A stretch of DNA of 64,000 nt, taken from assembly GCA_902573705.1 (NCBI GenBank), contig CACGKR010000001.1, positions 11,175 through 75,174 of the forward strand, written 5' to 3'. Within the stretch, counting starts at the first letter, position 1. Each line of letters begins with the position of its first letter. Source of the DNA: an uncultured Pelagibacteraceae bacterium. GTDB taxonomy: Bacteria; Pseudomonadota; Alphaproteobacteria; Pelagibacterales; Pelagibacteraceae. The notes beneath the pieces are model-generated. The model had not been told where the DNA came from, searched no databases, and was given only the letters and a program-made list of their open reading frames with translations. Positions 21,395 to 31,084 of this stretch are shown here, one piece after another. The translations under genes and the position numbers were made by a program.

Positions 21395-22006
21395 TTGAAA
21401 AAAAATAAAATTTCAAAAAATTGGATAAATAAACAAAGACGGGATGTTTATGTACGTCAATCTAAAGTTGACGGTTACAGAGCAAGATCAGCTTATAAAA
21501 TAAAAGAAATTGATGAAAAATTCAAAATATTTAAAGGAGGTATGTCAATTATAGACATCGGAGCTGCTCCTGGAAGCTGGTCTCAGTATGTTGCAAAGGT
21601 AGTAAAAAGTGGAAAAATAATTTCTATAGATTTAAAAGAGATGGAAAACATAGTTAACACAACACAGATTAAGGGTGATTTTACCTCTATCGATATTCAA
21701 AATCAGATAAAGAACAATCTTAAAAAAAAACCTGACGTAGTTATGTCTGATATGGCTGTAAACACAACTGGTATTAAAAATATAGACGCAGTTCAGACTG
21801 GCGAACTATGTAAAGAAGCTATGATTTTTTCAAAAGATATTATTTCAGAAAAGGGTACTTTTGTTTCAAAAATATTTATGGGCAGCACTTTTAATGAAAT
21901 TGTCGCACTAGGAAAAAAAATTTTTAAAGAAGTTAAGGTTTTTAAACCCAAATCAAGTCGAAGAGACTCCAAAGAAAGTTTTATAATTTGTAAAAATCTT
22001 AGATAG
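21395..22006 (+). CDS. rlmE: 23S rRNA Um2552 methyltransferase RlmE/FtsJ
   Basis: YRARSAYK, DIGAAPGSWSQ, SDMA, KPKSSR; TTG start. Confidence 0.95.
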   Translation: MKKNKISKNWINKQRRDVYVRQSKVDGYRARSAYKIKEIDEKFKIFKGGMSIIDIGAAPGSWSQYVAKVVKSGKIISIDLKEMENIVNTTQIKGDFTSIDIQNQIKNNLKKKPDVVMSDMAVNTTGIKNIDAVQTGELCKEAMIFSKDIISEKGTFVSKIFMGSTFNEIVALGKKIFKEVKVFKPKSSRRDSKESFIICKNLR

Positions 22007-22037
22007 TTTCTTTAAATTTTAAAGGAATCGTATATAA

Positions 22038-23120
22038 ATGATCATGGTTCCTATAAAAGAAGCACTCACCTTTGACGACGTAACTCTTGCTCCTAAGTAT
22101 TCCGAGATTTTACCTTCTGAAGTCGATACAAGTATAAAACTTACAAAATTTCTCAAGTTGGATATACCACTTTTATCTTCAGCCATGGATACTGTTACTG
22201 AGAGTAAAATGGCAATTGCAATAGCTAAAGCTGGTGGAATTGGAATTATTCACAGAAATCTAGATATTAAAAAACAAATTATTGAAATTAAAAAAGTAAA
22301 AAAACAAAAACTTCTGGTGGGTGCGGCTGTAGGGGCTGGACCAAGTGAACTTAAACGAGCTGATGCTATATTAAAAGAAAAAATTGATATGATTGTGGTT
22401 GATACTGCTCATGGACACACAAAAAAAGTTTCTGAAATAATTAAGTTCATAAAAAAAACCAAAAATAAAAAAACAGCACTCTGTGCGGGAAATATCGCTA
22501 CACCCTCTGCAGCCAAATTTTTGTTAAAGTGCGGAGTTGATATCATAAAAGTTGGTATCGGGCCTGGTTCAATATGTACTACAAGATTAGTTGCTGGTAT
22601 TGGAGTTCCTCAACTTAGTGCAATATTAGAAGTTAGAAATGGAATTAAAAATAAAAATGTAAAAATTATTTCTGATGGTGGAATAAAATATTCAGGAGAT
22701 TTGGCAAAAGCATTCGCTGCTGGGGCAGATGCAGTTATGATCGGATCCTTGTTTGCAGGATCTGATGAGGCACCAGGAAAATTAATTAAAAGAAACGGAA
22801 AACTATTTAAAAATTTTAGAGGTATGGGCTCAGTTGGTGCTATGAATAAAGGATCTGCCGATCGATATTTTCAATCAAAACAAAAAGATTTATCCAAATA
22901 TGTTCCAGAAGGAGTGGAGGGATTTGCAAAATACAAAGGGAAAGTTAATAATATAATTTTTAAATTAATTGGGGGCTTAAAATCATCTATGGGATATCTT
23001 GGATCAAGACAAATTAAATTTTTAAGAGATAAACCACAATTTGTTAAGATTACAAAAGCTGGGTTTTATGAAAGTATGGTTCACAATGTAGATATAATTA
23101 AAAGCGATAATAAATATTAA
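22038..23120 (+). CDS. guaB: IMP dehydrogenase lacking the CBS (Bateman) subdomain
   Basis: [37 protein letters not shown]; only 360 aa. Confidence 0.95.
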   Translation: MIMVPIKEALTFDDVTLAPKYSEILPSEVDTSIKLTKFLKLDIPLLSSAMDTVTESKMAIAIAKAGGIGIIHRNLDIKKQIIEIKKVKKQKLLVGAAVGAGPSELKRADAILKEKIDMIVVDTAHGHTKKVSEIIKFIKKTKNKKTALCAGNIATPSAAKFLLKCGVDIIKVGIGPGSICTTRLVAGIGVPQLSAILEVRNGIKNKNVKIISDGGIKYSGDLAKAFAAGADAVMIGSLFAGSDEAPGKLIKRNGKLFKNFRGMGSVGAMNKGSADRYFQSKQKDLSKYVPEGVEGFAKYKGKVNNIIFKLIGGLKSSMGYLGSRQIKFLRDKPQFVKITKAGFYESMVHNVDIIKSDNKY

Positions 23121-23557
23121 TGAAAAAAATACTTAAAACATCAATCATTTTTTATTTCTTAATTAATATCTATAGTTTTTCCTCAAGTGAGCAAAATTTT
23201 TTTAACAAAGGTTTGGAGTTATATAATAAAGAAAAATTTGAAGATGCTCGATTTATGTTTGAAAGAAGTATTGTTTTTAATCCAAAAGACTCCAATTCGT
23301 ATTTGTATTTAGCAAAAATTTATAATCAGGAAAAAAATCAAATAAAAGAGGAAAAAAATTTAGAAGCAACTTTATTAATAGAGCCTAGAAATGAAGAAGC
23401 AATATTAATGTTAATGAAAATAGCTTTAGAAAAATCAAATTATTCAAAAGTAAAAGACTTATCGGAAGATTTTATTAAAGTTTGTAAAACTTTATGTGAT
23501 GAAAATAAAAGCATCTTAGACTCTTTATCTAATTTAGAGCCAAAAAATGAGTCTTGA
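23120..23557 (+). CDS. Exported tetratricopeptide-repeat protein
   Basis: Signal-like N-terminus; TPR pattern ([16 protein letters not shown]). Confidence 0.7.
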   Translation: MKKILKTSIIFYFLINIYSFSSSEQNFFNKGLELYNKEKFEDARFMFERSIVFNPKDSNSYLYLAKIYNQEKNQIKEEKNLEATLLIEPRNEEAILMLMKIALEKSNYSKVKDLSEDFIKVCKTLCDENKSILDSLSNLEPKNES

Positions 23558-25109
23558 TTATAATTTGAATAAAATTTTAATAGTCGATTTTGGTTCTCAA
23601 TTTACACAATTAATAGCCAGGAGAATAAGAGAATTAGGAATTTTTTCAGAAATTATAAGTCACAAAAAAGTTAAAAATAAAGATATTGATAGCACAATAA
23701 AAGGAATTATTTTATCTGGTGGTCCGTTGAATGTTTATGAAATAAATAGATACTCATTCGATAAAAAGATAATTCATAAAGGAGTTCCGGTCCTGGGCAT
23801 CTGTTTTGGCCATCAAATCATATCTAAATTAAATGGAGGCAAAGTTAAGCAATCCAAACATAGAGAATTTGGTTTAGCTAATATTTCAAAAAAAAACGAT
23901 AGTCTTTTAATAAATGATTTATTTAAGAAAAAAAAATTAATTAAAGTCTGGATGAGTCATGCTGATCAAGTATCAAAACTACCAAAAAATTTTAAAGTGA
24001 TTGCTTCAAGTCAAAATTCAAAATTTGCTATAGTTGAAAATAAGTTAAAGAATTATTATGGAGTTCAGTTTCATCCAGAAGTGACACATACCGAAAATGG
24101 TAAAAAACTTATAAGCAATTTTATTTTTTTAATATGTAAAATGAAAAAAAACTGGTCCTCTAAAGATCAAAAAATCAAGTTGATCAAAGATGTTAGAAAA
24201 TTGGTAGGTAATAATAAAGTTATTTGTGCTTTATCTGGTGGTGTAGATAGCAGCGTAGTTGCTCAACTATTAAACAAAGCAATTGGTAAAAATTTGTACT
24301 GTATTTTTGTAAATACTGGTCTCTTAAGAAAAGATGAAGAAAAACAAGTTATTGCAACATTTAAAAAGAAACTAAAGATTAATCTTATATATGTAAATGC
24401 TGAAAAAGAGTTTATTAAGAAATTATCAAATATTTCAGATCCTGAATTAAAAAGAAAAATAATAGGAAATTTATTTATAAAGATATTTGAAAGATACGCT
24501 AAAAAAATTAAAAATGTGAAATTCTTAGCTCAAGGGACACTTTACCCTGACTTAATAGAGAGCAAATCAGTAACAGGTAGTCAAACATCTAAAATCAAAT
24601 CTCATCATAATGTTGGAGGTTTACCAAAAAAAATGAAACTTAAACTAGTAGAACCATTGAAATTTTTGTTTAAAGATGAAGTTAGAAAACTAGGTTTAGA
24701 ATTAAAGTTAAGTAATGAAATTATTTCAAGACACCCTTTCCCAGGCCCTGGACTAGCAATTAGAATGCCTGGAGTTATAACTAAGGAAAAAATCAATATT
24801 CTTAAAGAGGCAGATAATTATTTCATTCAATCTTTAAAAGATCACAAACTTTATGATAAGATCTGGCAAGCTTATGCTGCTCTACTACCAGTAAAAACTG
24901 TTGGAGTGATGGGTGATAATAGAACTTATGAATACTTATGTTTGCTTAGAGCTATTACATCTGAAGATGGTATGACCGCAGATTTTTATCAATTTAAAAA
25001 ATCATTTATACAAGAAATTTCAAATAAAATAGTTAATAGTATTAGAGGGATTAATAGAGTAGTTTATGATATAACTTCAAAACCTCCTAGCACTATTGAG
25101 TTAGAGTAA
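23547..25109 (+). CDS. guaA: GMP synthase (glutamine-hydrolysing)
   Basis: [48 protein letters not shown]. Confidence 0.98.
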   Translation: MSLDYNLNKILIVDFGSQFTQLIARRIRELGIFSEIISHKKVKNKDIDSTIKGIILSGGPLNVYEINRYSFDKKIIHKGVPVLGICFGHQIISKLNGGKVKQSKHREFGLANISKKNDSLLINDLFKKKKLIKVWMSHADQVSKLPKNFKVIASSQNSKFAIVENKLKNYYGVQFHPEVTHTENGKKLISNFIFLICKMKKNWSSKDQKIKLIKDVRKLVGNNKVICALSGGVDSSVVAQLLNKAIGKNLYCIFVNTGLLRKDEEKQVIATFKKKLKINLIYVNAEKEFIKKLSNISDPELKRKIIGNLFIKIFERYAKKIKNVKFLAQGTLYPDLIESKSVTGSQTSKIKSHHNVGGLPKKMKLKLVEPLKFLFKDEVRKLGLELKLSNEIISRHPFPGPGLAIRMPGVITKEKINILKEADNYFIQSLKDHKLYDKIWQAYAALLPVKTVGVMGDNRTYEYLCLLRAITSEDGMTADFYQFKKSFIQEISNKIVNSIRGINRVVYDITSKPPSTIELE

Positions 25110-25889
25110 ATGAATAAAAAAATAAATAAAATTCTCAATAAAAAAAATAAATCTAAAGTCATATGCCTTACAGCATATTCAAAAAATGTTGCTTCAATTT
25201 TAGATAAATATTGCGATCTTGTTCTAGTGGGAGATTCATTAGGTTCAGTTCTCTATAATTATAGGTCTACAAAAGAGGTAACTTTAGAAACTATGATCAG
25301 TCACTCTAAAAGTGTTAGATTAGGGGTAAAGAAATCTTTGATGGTAGTTGATATGCCATACAATACATACCGTAATCCAAAAGAAGCTTTGAAGAATGCG
25401 AGATTAGTGATGAAAAAAACAAAATGTGATGCAGTAAAGTTAGAGGGAGGGAAAAAAATTATTCATATAATTAAATTTCTTGTTAGAAATAAAATCCCTG
25501 TTATGGGACATTTGGGTATTTTACCTCAAACAGAAAAAAAGTTTACTTATAAGGGTAAAAAAGTATCAGAGCAAAATAGGATTTTAAAAGATGCTAAATT
25601 ATTAGAAACGGCAGGCATCTTTTCAGTGGTGTTAGAATGTATAGAAACCAAATTAGCAAAAAAAATAACTGAACAATTAAATATTATAACTATTGGAATT
25701 GGTTCCTCAGCCAATTGTGATGGACAAGTTTTGGTAATTGATGATTTGATTGGTTTAAGTCAAAGTAAATTTAGGTTTGTAAAGAAATATGCAAATATTA
25801 ATCAAATTATTAATTCTGCTGTTAAAAAATACAAATTTGAAGTACTAAAAAAAAGATTTCCTAAAGCTAAACATTCATTTAACAATTAA
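25110..25889 (+). CDS. panB: 3-methyl-2-oxobutanoate hydroxymethyltransferase
   Basis: LTAY, LVGDSLG, VDMPY, VKLEGG, VMGHLG, DGQVLV. Confidence 0.95.
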   Translation: MNKKINKILNKKNKSKVICLTAYSKNVASILDKYCDLVLVGDSLGSVLYNYRSTKEVTLETMISHSKSVRLGVKKSLMVVDMPYNTYRNPKEALKNARLVMKKTKCDAVKLEGGKKIIHIIKFLVRNKIPVMGHLGILPQTEKKFTYKGKKVSEQNRILKDAKLLETAGIFSVVLECIETKLAKKITEQLNIITIGIGSSANCDGQVLVIDDLIGLSQSKFRFVKKYANINQIINSAVKKYKFEVLKKRFPKAKHSFNN

Positions 25890-25892
25890 AAG

Positions 25893-27374
25893 CTAACCCA
25901 TAGTAAATGGATCAGTCATCGGCTTATCTGAGGAATTATACCATGTAGTCTTTATTCTTGTGTATTCTTTTATAGACTCAATACCCGCTTCTTTTCCATA
26001 ACCACTATCTTTAATACCTCCAAATGGTGCCATTGGCGAAATTAATCTGTATGTGTTGATAAAAACTATACCTGCTCTTACAGCTTTAGAGACTCTTAAA
26101 CCTCTTGCAAAATCAGAAGTATAAACTCCTGAGGAAAGTCCGTATTTATTATCATTCATTTTTTCAATTACTTCCTTTTCATTTTCAAATTTCATAACTG
26201 ACAATATTGGTCCAAATAATTCATTTTCTGCAACAGGAAGATTGTGATTTTCGCATTCAATTATTGTTGCTGGAAAATAAAAACCTTTATTTAAAACAGA
26301 AGATCTTTTTCCTCCACATCTAATTTTTCCACCTTGTTCAACTGTAGCTTTAATATTTTTTTCTATATTTTCTAATTGTTTAAAACTATTTAATGGACCC
26401 ATTTGTGTGTCTTTGTCCATAGGAGCACCCAACTTTATTTTTTCAGCTTTAGTTATCAATTTTTTTAGAAATTCCTCATAAATTTTAGATTGAAGATAAA
26501 GTCTTGAACCAGCAATACAACTTTGGCCACTAGCACCGAATATTCCTGCAGTGATTCCATTTAATGCATTTTCTTGTTCAGCATCATCAAATACTACAAC
26601 TGGGCTTTTTCCTCCCAGTTCTAAACTTACTTGAGATAAATTTTCAGCAGAATTTTTAACAATATGTTTTGCAGTCTCTGGGCCACCAGTAAAAGCAATT
26701 CTTTCTATAAGATCATGAGTAGTAAGTGCCTTTCCACATGGTTCACCAAGTCCAGTAATTATATTAATTACCCCTTTTGGTACTCCAGCTTTTTCAATTA
26801 ATTTTGCGAACTCTAATAAAGTTACTGGTGCTAGTTCTGATGCTTTTATTACAACAGTATTACCCATTGCAAGAGCTGGTGCAAGTTTAACCGCGGTTAA
26901 AAGCATTTGAGAGTTCCAAGGGATAATTGCTGCGACAACACCTATAGGAATTCTTGTTGTTGTAACTTGCATGTCAGGTTTATCTATTGGAACGACAGTT
27001 CCTTCAACTTTATCGGCTAGACCAGCAAAGTAATCATAATATTCTGCAATATAATTTGCTTGATTTTTTGTTTCTCTATAAAGTTTTCCAGTATCAATAG
27101 TTTCTATTTTTCCAAGATGCTCAGCATTCGCTCTTAGTTGATCTGCAATTAATCTTAGATATTTTGCTCTGTCTCTTGGGTGAAGTTTTGACCAATTATT
27201 TTCAAAAGCTCTTTGAGCTGATTTAACAGCTTTGTCGACATCTTTTTCATTTGCCTCTGGAACAGTCGCCCAAATCTCATTATTTTCTGGATTTAAAGTT
27301 TCAATTTTTTTTCCAGAAGATGAATCTACCCATTCACCATCAATATACATCTTAAAATTTTCAATTTTTGACAT
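25893..27374 (-). CDS. NAD(P)-dependent aldehyde dehydrogenase, TgnC-like
   Basis: IPWNSQ, FTGG, LELGGKSP, GQSCIAG, ELFGP; C-terminal SDKPMTDPFTMG tail as I recall for TgnC-type enzymes; operon context. Confidence 0.85.
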   Translation of the reverse strand: MSKIENFKMYIDGEWVDSSSGKKIETLNPENNEIWATVPEANEKDVDKAVKSAQRAFENNWSKLHPRDRAKYLRLIADQLRANAEHLGKIETIDTGKLYRETKNQANYIAEYYDYFAGLADKVEGTVVPIDKPDMQVTTTRIPIGVVAAIIPWNSQMLLTAVKLAPALAMGNTVVIKASELAPVTLLEFAKLIEKAGVPKGVINIITGLGEPCGKALTTHDLIERIAFTGGPETAKHIVKNSAENLSQVSLELGGKSPVVVFDDAEQENALNGITAGIFGASGQSCIAGSRLYLQSKIYEEFLKKLITKAEKIKLGAPMDKDTQMGPLNSFKQLENIEKNIKATVEQGGKIRCGGKRSSVLNKGFYFPATIIECENHNLPVAENELFGPILSVMKFENEKEVIEKMNDNKYGLSSGVYTSDFARGLRVSKAVRAGIVFINTYRLISPMAPFGGIKDSGYGKEAGIESIKEYTRIKTTWYNSSDKPMTDPFTMG

Positions 27375-28157
27375 TTAATTATTAATAAATTTTTTAATAT
27401 TCATATTAACATCATCTACATATTCTATACTACAAAGATGTTTTCCATTTTTAATTTCAATATAATTCGAATTAACAAGGTCTTTAACCAATTCTTTAGA
27501 CATTCTAGGGGTCGAACCAATATCATCGGAACCAGTCATTACTAGAGTTTTTCTATCTATCTTTTTTATAGCCTCTATGTCATCATGATAATTAGCAAAC
27601 AACTCATAGGCTTTAAGAAAATTTTTATGATCTTCTGGTTTTTTATTTAAAATATTCATAAATAAATCATAAGTTTTTGGATTATCTTTAAGATATTTAT
27701 CACTAAACCATCTTCTTAAAGCTTGTTTGGATATTGATTTATTTAATTTAGCTTGATTGTATCTATCTAATACAAGAGATCTTTCATGTTCCGATCTTTT
27801 ATAAGTAGTTCCAATTAATATTATTTTTTCAACTTTATTTTGAAAATTAGATGAAAAATCTAAAGCAATTAAAGAGCCTAAAGAAAAACCCACAAGATTT
27901 ATCTTTTCTATATTTAAATAATCTAAAATTCCTAAAAGTTGATCTGAAAAATCTTTAAGACTTAATTTTTCTTTTTTACATGGAGTTTTTCCATGACCTA
28001 ATAAATCGTAGGTTAAAATAGAAAACTCATTTAAGTAATCTACTTGATTATTCCACATTTTATGGTCTAGACCTACTCCATGAATGAACACGATAGGGAT
28101 TGACTCCTTTTTATTGTAAAAATAATAATTTTGATTTTGATCAAAATTTTGAGACAT
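27375..28157 (-). CDS. Alpha/beta hydrolase, TgnD-like
   Basis: FIHGVG, DLLGHG, nucleophile elbow GFSLG, late His (GKHL). Confidence 0.85.
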   Translation of the reverse strand: MSQNFDQNQNYYFYNKKESIPIVFIHGVGLDHKMWNNQVDYLNEFSILTYDLLGHGKTPCKKEKLSLKDFSDQLLGILDYLNIEKINLVGFSLGSLIALDFSSNFQNKVEKIILIGTTYKRSEHERSLVLDRYNQAKLNKSISKQALRRWFSDKYLKDNPKTYDLFMNILNKKPEDHKNFLKAYELFANYHDDIEAIKKIDRKTLVMTGSDDIGSTPRMSKELVKDLVNSNYIEIKNGKHLCSIEYVDDVNMNIKKFINN

Positions 28158-28161
28158 GAAG

Positions 28162-28749
28162 TTATTTAGGATCTAATCCCATTTCTTTCATATCTTGATA
28201 TCGATCTCCAGTTCTAGCGTGAGCCCTACCACTTGATGCTCCACCAATTGCAATTATAATCTCGTCATCAAAAGGTGCATCGTGAATAGTAAACTCATGA
28301 GTTAAATAATATGGTCTTAGTCCTGAGTCTGTTTTATGCATCATGGGTATCGATATTTTAGATCCTGCAGGTCCTCTAGTGTTTGTAAAACTTAAATAAG
28401 AAGTGCCTCCAACCGCATCTCTAAATTTATTTCCAAATCTTAAAGTATGGATAAAAGCTGAAGCATGTTCTATTTCACCATCTAAGCCTACAGTGCCTGC
28501 TTTACCATAAGCCAAAATTTTTTCTGGTGATCCGATTTCTTTTATTAATTCTGGAACTAAAATATCACCAAGTTTTGGGGCTAAATCTAAAATGATTGGC
28601 TTTAAGTCTTCTACAAATCCTTTGCCTGACCAGGGATTTTTGAACACAGCAGCTACAGATACTAATAAGACTGGTTCTTTAGCTGACTTTCCACCTTCAA
28701 TGAGAGTTTTATCTACAAATTTTGTAAACTTTCTAAGTTCTAAATCCAT
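28162..28749 (-). CDS. 'Amino acid synthesis' family protein (DUF1185-like)
   Basis: AAVFKNPW, YGKAGTVGLDGEIEHA, DAPFDDEI, GRAHAR. Confidence 0.8.
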   Translation of the reverse strand: MDLELRKFTKFVDKTLIEGGKSAKEPVLLVSVAAVFKNPWSGKGFVEDLKPIILDLAPKLGDILVPELIKEIGSPEKILAYGKAGTVGLDGEIEHASAFIHTLRFGNKFRDAVGGTSYLSFTNTRGPAGSKISIPMMHKTDSGLRPYYLTHEFTIHDAPFDDEIIIAIGGASSGRAHARTGDRYQDMKEMGLDPK

Positions 28750-29915
28750 TAACTTGCTTTTTCTATATCAGAAGAATCTAAATTTATTTTTGGAATTACC
28801 TCATCGTTAAATAATTTGATACTTCTCATACAAGCTTTATGATCTATGCCAGGGAAGTTAGACCATACCTGAAGATTCTGTAAATTTAACTCAGACTTTA
28901 ATTCATTGATTTTATTAATAACATATTCAGGGGTACCAAATAACAAATTTCTTTTATGAAGAAAATCATAGTTCAATAAATCTAATTTATGTTTTGTTTC
29001 AGGTAGCTCTTCACCAGGATCCATATGATTTCCCAATCCTCTCCAATGACAAACCCATTTCATATAATTAATAATATGTTCACCAGCCATTTTTTCTGCT
29101 TCTTCCATGGTTTCCGCAACAAACATATCTCTTACTAAAGATACACCTTCCCCTAACGGAACATCTCTATTTTCAGCAGTTGATTTTGCGTCTCTGTATA
29201 TCTCAAATCTTTTTTTAAGAGCCTTTACAGTTGGTATCCACATAATTGTATTTAGACCATTTTGTGCAGCCCATTCAATTGATCGGGCGCCATCAACAAC
29301 TTGCCATATAGGAGGATGTGGTGATTGTTTAGGTTTTGGAACAATACTTATTTTTTTTATTTCATTTGTTTTTATATCTAAAAACTTTTTACTCGGGGGA
29401 CTCATGTCATGTTGCCAAATAAAGTCTGGTGACGGATAAGTATAAAATTCACCTTTGTGGCTAAAAAATTCTTCAGTCCAAGCTTTTTTCATAATTGTCA
29501 AAGACTCTTCAAATAATCTAAAGTTTTTAGCTTGGTCTTTAAGATCAGCTTCTTTATTCATATTAATTGCTTCTCTTCCATAGATTCCTCTTCCAATACC
29601 AACCTCGACTCTACCACCAGATAATTGATCAAGAAGCGCTATGTCTTCAGCTAGACGAATTGGATTATGAAATGTAATTACATTGCAAGCTTGGCCAATT
29701 CTAATTTGTTTAGTTCTGGCTGCTGCATCAACACCCATCATCAAAGGGTTTGTACAGGACTCCATTCCTTCATGATTAAAGTGGTGCTCAGTATACCAAA
29801 TTGAATTCCATTCATTTTGATCACAGTATTCAGTAATTTCTTTAGTCTCATCTAATAATTTATTATAAGGTTTATGAGTCCAATTAGTTGTATTACAAAA
29901 GTATCCAAATTTCAT
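28749..29915 (-). CDS. Luciferase-like (LLM class) flavin-dependent monooxygenase, TgnB-like
   Basis: WYTEHHF, HNPIRLAEDIALLDQLSGGRVEVGIGRG, PKPKQSPHPPIW, GTPEYV; GGAGG RBS at 29920-29924. Confidence 0.9.
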   Translation of the reverse strand: MKFGYFCNTTNWTHKPYNKLLDETKEITEYCDQNEWNSIWYTEHHFNHEGMESCTNPLMMGVDAAARTKQIRIGQACNVITFHNPIRLAEDIALLDQLSGGRVEVGIGRGIYGREAINMNKEADLKDQAKNFRLFEESLTIMKKAWTEEFFSHKGEFYTYPSPDFIWQHDMSPPSKKFLDIKTNEIKKISIVPKPKQSPHPPIWQVVDGARSIEWAAQNGLNTIMWIPTVKALKKRFEIYRDAKSTAENRDVPLGEGVSLVRDMFVAETMEEAEKMAGEHIINYMKWVCHWRGLGNHMDPGEELPETKHKLDLLNYDFLHKRNLLFGTPEYVINKINELKSELNLQNLQVWSNFPGIDHKACMRSIKLFNDEVIPKINLDSSDIEKAS

Positions 29916-30037
29916 TCTTCCTCCTTTAAACTTTTAATTTAAAAAAAGACGACCGATCCCACTTTCGTATTGGATTTAACGATGAGTTATGTATCGCTTA
30001 ATAGATTAATATTATAAATCTTATCGCTGATATTCAA
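29916..30037 (-). promoter_or_regulatory. Sigma70-like promoter and structured 5' leader of the LLM operon (candidate cis-regulatory RNA)
   Basis: TTGAAT(30037-30032)-17 nt-TAATAT(30014-30009); leader has two hairpins (one with a GAAA tetraloop), then U7 and an SD. Confidence 0.55.
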
Positions 30038-30133
30038 TAAATTTTTTCATGAGAGTTTTCTTAAAAATTTCAAAAAATATCATTTTTAAGGCTTCTTTAT
30101 TAAAATTATTATTAATTAAGGGAGTTAAACTGT

Positions 30134-31084
30134 TCATCTATTAGGTGTATCTGAGACAATCATCTGGTCACGAACTTTTTCTCTTATGTAGATGTATATT
30201 CCTGCCCCGATGATTAAAGCGACACCAAAAAATGTCCTTAGGGTTGGAATATCATCAAATAAAAAATAACCGATTAAAATTGCCCATATAATTAAAGAAT
30301 ATTCATATAACGAAACAACTGGGGGTGAAGCAATTGAATAGGCTGAAAATACACAGTAAAAAGAAAATGAAGCAACAAAACCCATTCCAACAATAAATGG
30401 CCAAGCATACCCTGGATTAGTAAACCATTCCCTAAAAATAAATTGAAGAGTTGGATTGGGATATATATTTAGTTGTCCTTTTCCTGTAAAAATAAAAAAA
30501 ATTATACTTATAATGATAGCACCAATGTATAAATGAGCCATTTGAGTATAAACACTATCTTTATCTGAAGTGTATTTTGTAATAGTCATAGAAATTGCAT
30601 AAAATAATGCACATGCAACAGGTGCAAGTTTCGTATAATCAAAATCTTCAAAACTGGGATTTAAAACAATAATTACTCCAGTAAATCCCACAACAATCCC
30701 AAGCCATCTTCTTATTCCAACTTTTTCTTTAAGAAAGATTATAGCTAAAATGGATACAAAAAAAGGGCTCGAAAAGAATAAAGCATTTGCCATTGCAAGG
30801 GACATAAAGGTTAGAGAAACATAAAAAAAACTAAATCCGAAAAAAAAACATATCACTCTTAAAATAGTTAAAAAAGGGTAGTGAGTTTTAAAAACAAGTT
30901 TTTGAGAGGTAATTTTTAAAAAAATGAATAATAATATTGATGCTACTAATGTTCTTCCTAAATATAATTCATATAAAGCAGTGTCATTATAAATAAATTT
31001 TATTAAAGAATCTTGAATTGAAAAGGATGCCATTCCAAGCAAGATAAAAATTATACCTTTAGTATTATTTTGTACTTGGTTCAT
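30134..31084 (-). CDS. DMT/EamA family transporter
   Basis: About 10 TM segments, FLKEKVGIRRW, internal duplication. Confidence 0.88.
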   Translation of the reverse strand: MNQVQNNTKGIIFILLGMASFSIQDSLIKFIYNDTALYELYLGRTLVASILLFIFLKITSQKLVFKTHYPFLTILRVICFFFGFSFFYVSLTFMSLAMANALFFSSPFFVSILAIIFLKEKVGIRRWLGIVVGFTGVIIVLNPSFEDFDYTKLAPVACALFYAISMTITKYTSDKDSVYTQMAHLYIGAIIISIIFFIFTGKGQLNIYPNPTLQFIFREWFTNPGYAWPFIVGMGFVASFSFYCVFSAYSIASPPVVSLYEYSLIIWAILIGYFLFDDIPTLRTFFGVALIIGAGIYIYIREKVRDQMIVSDTPNR

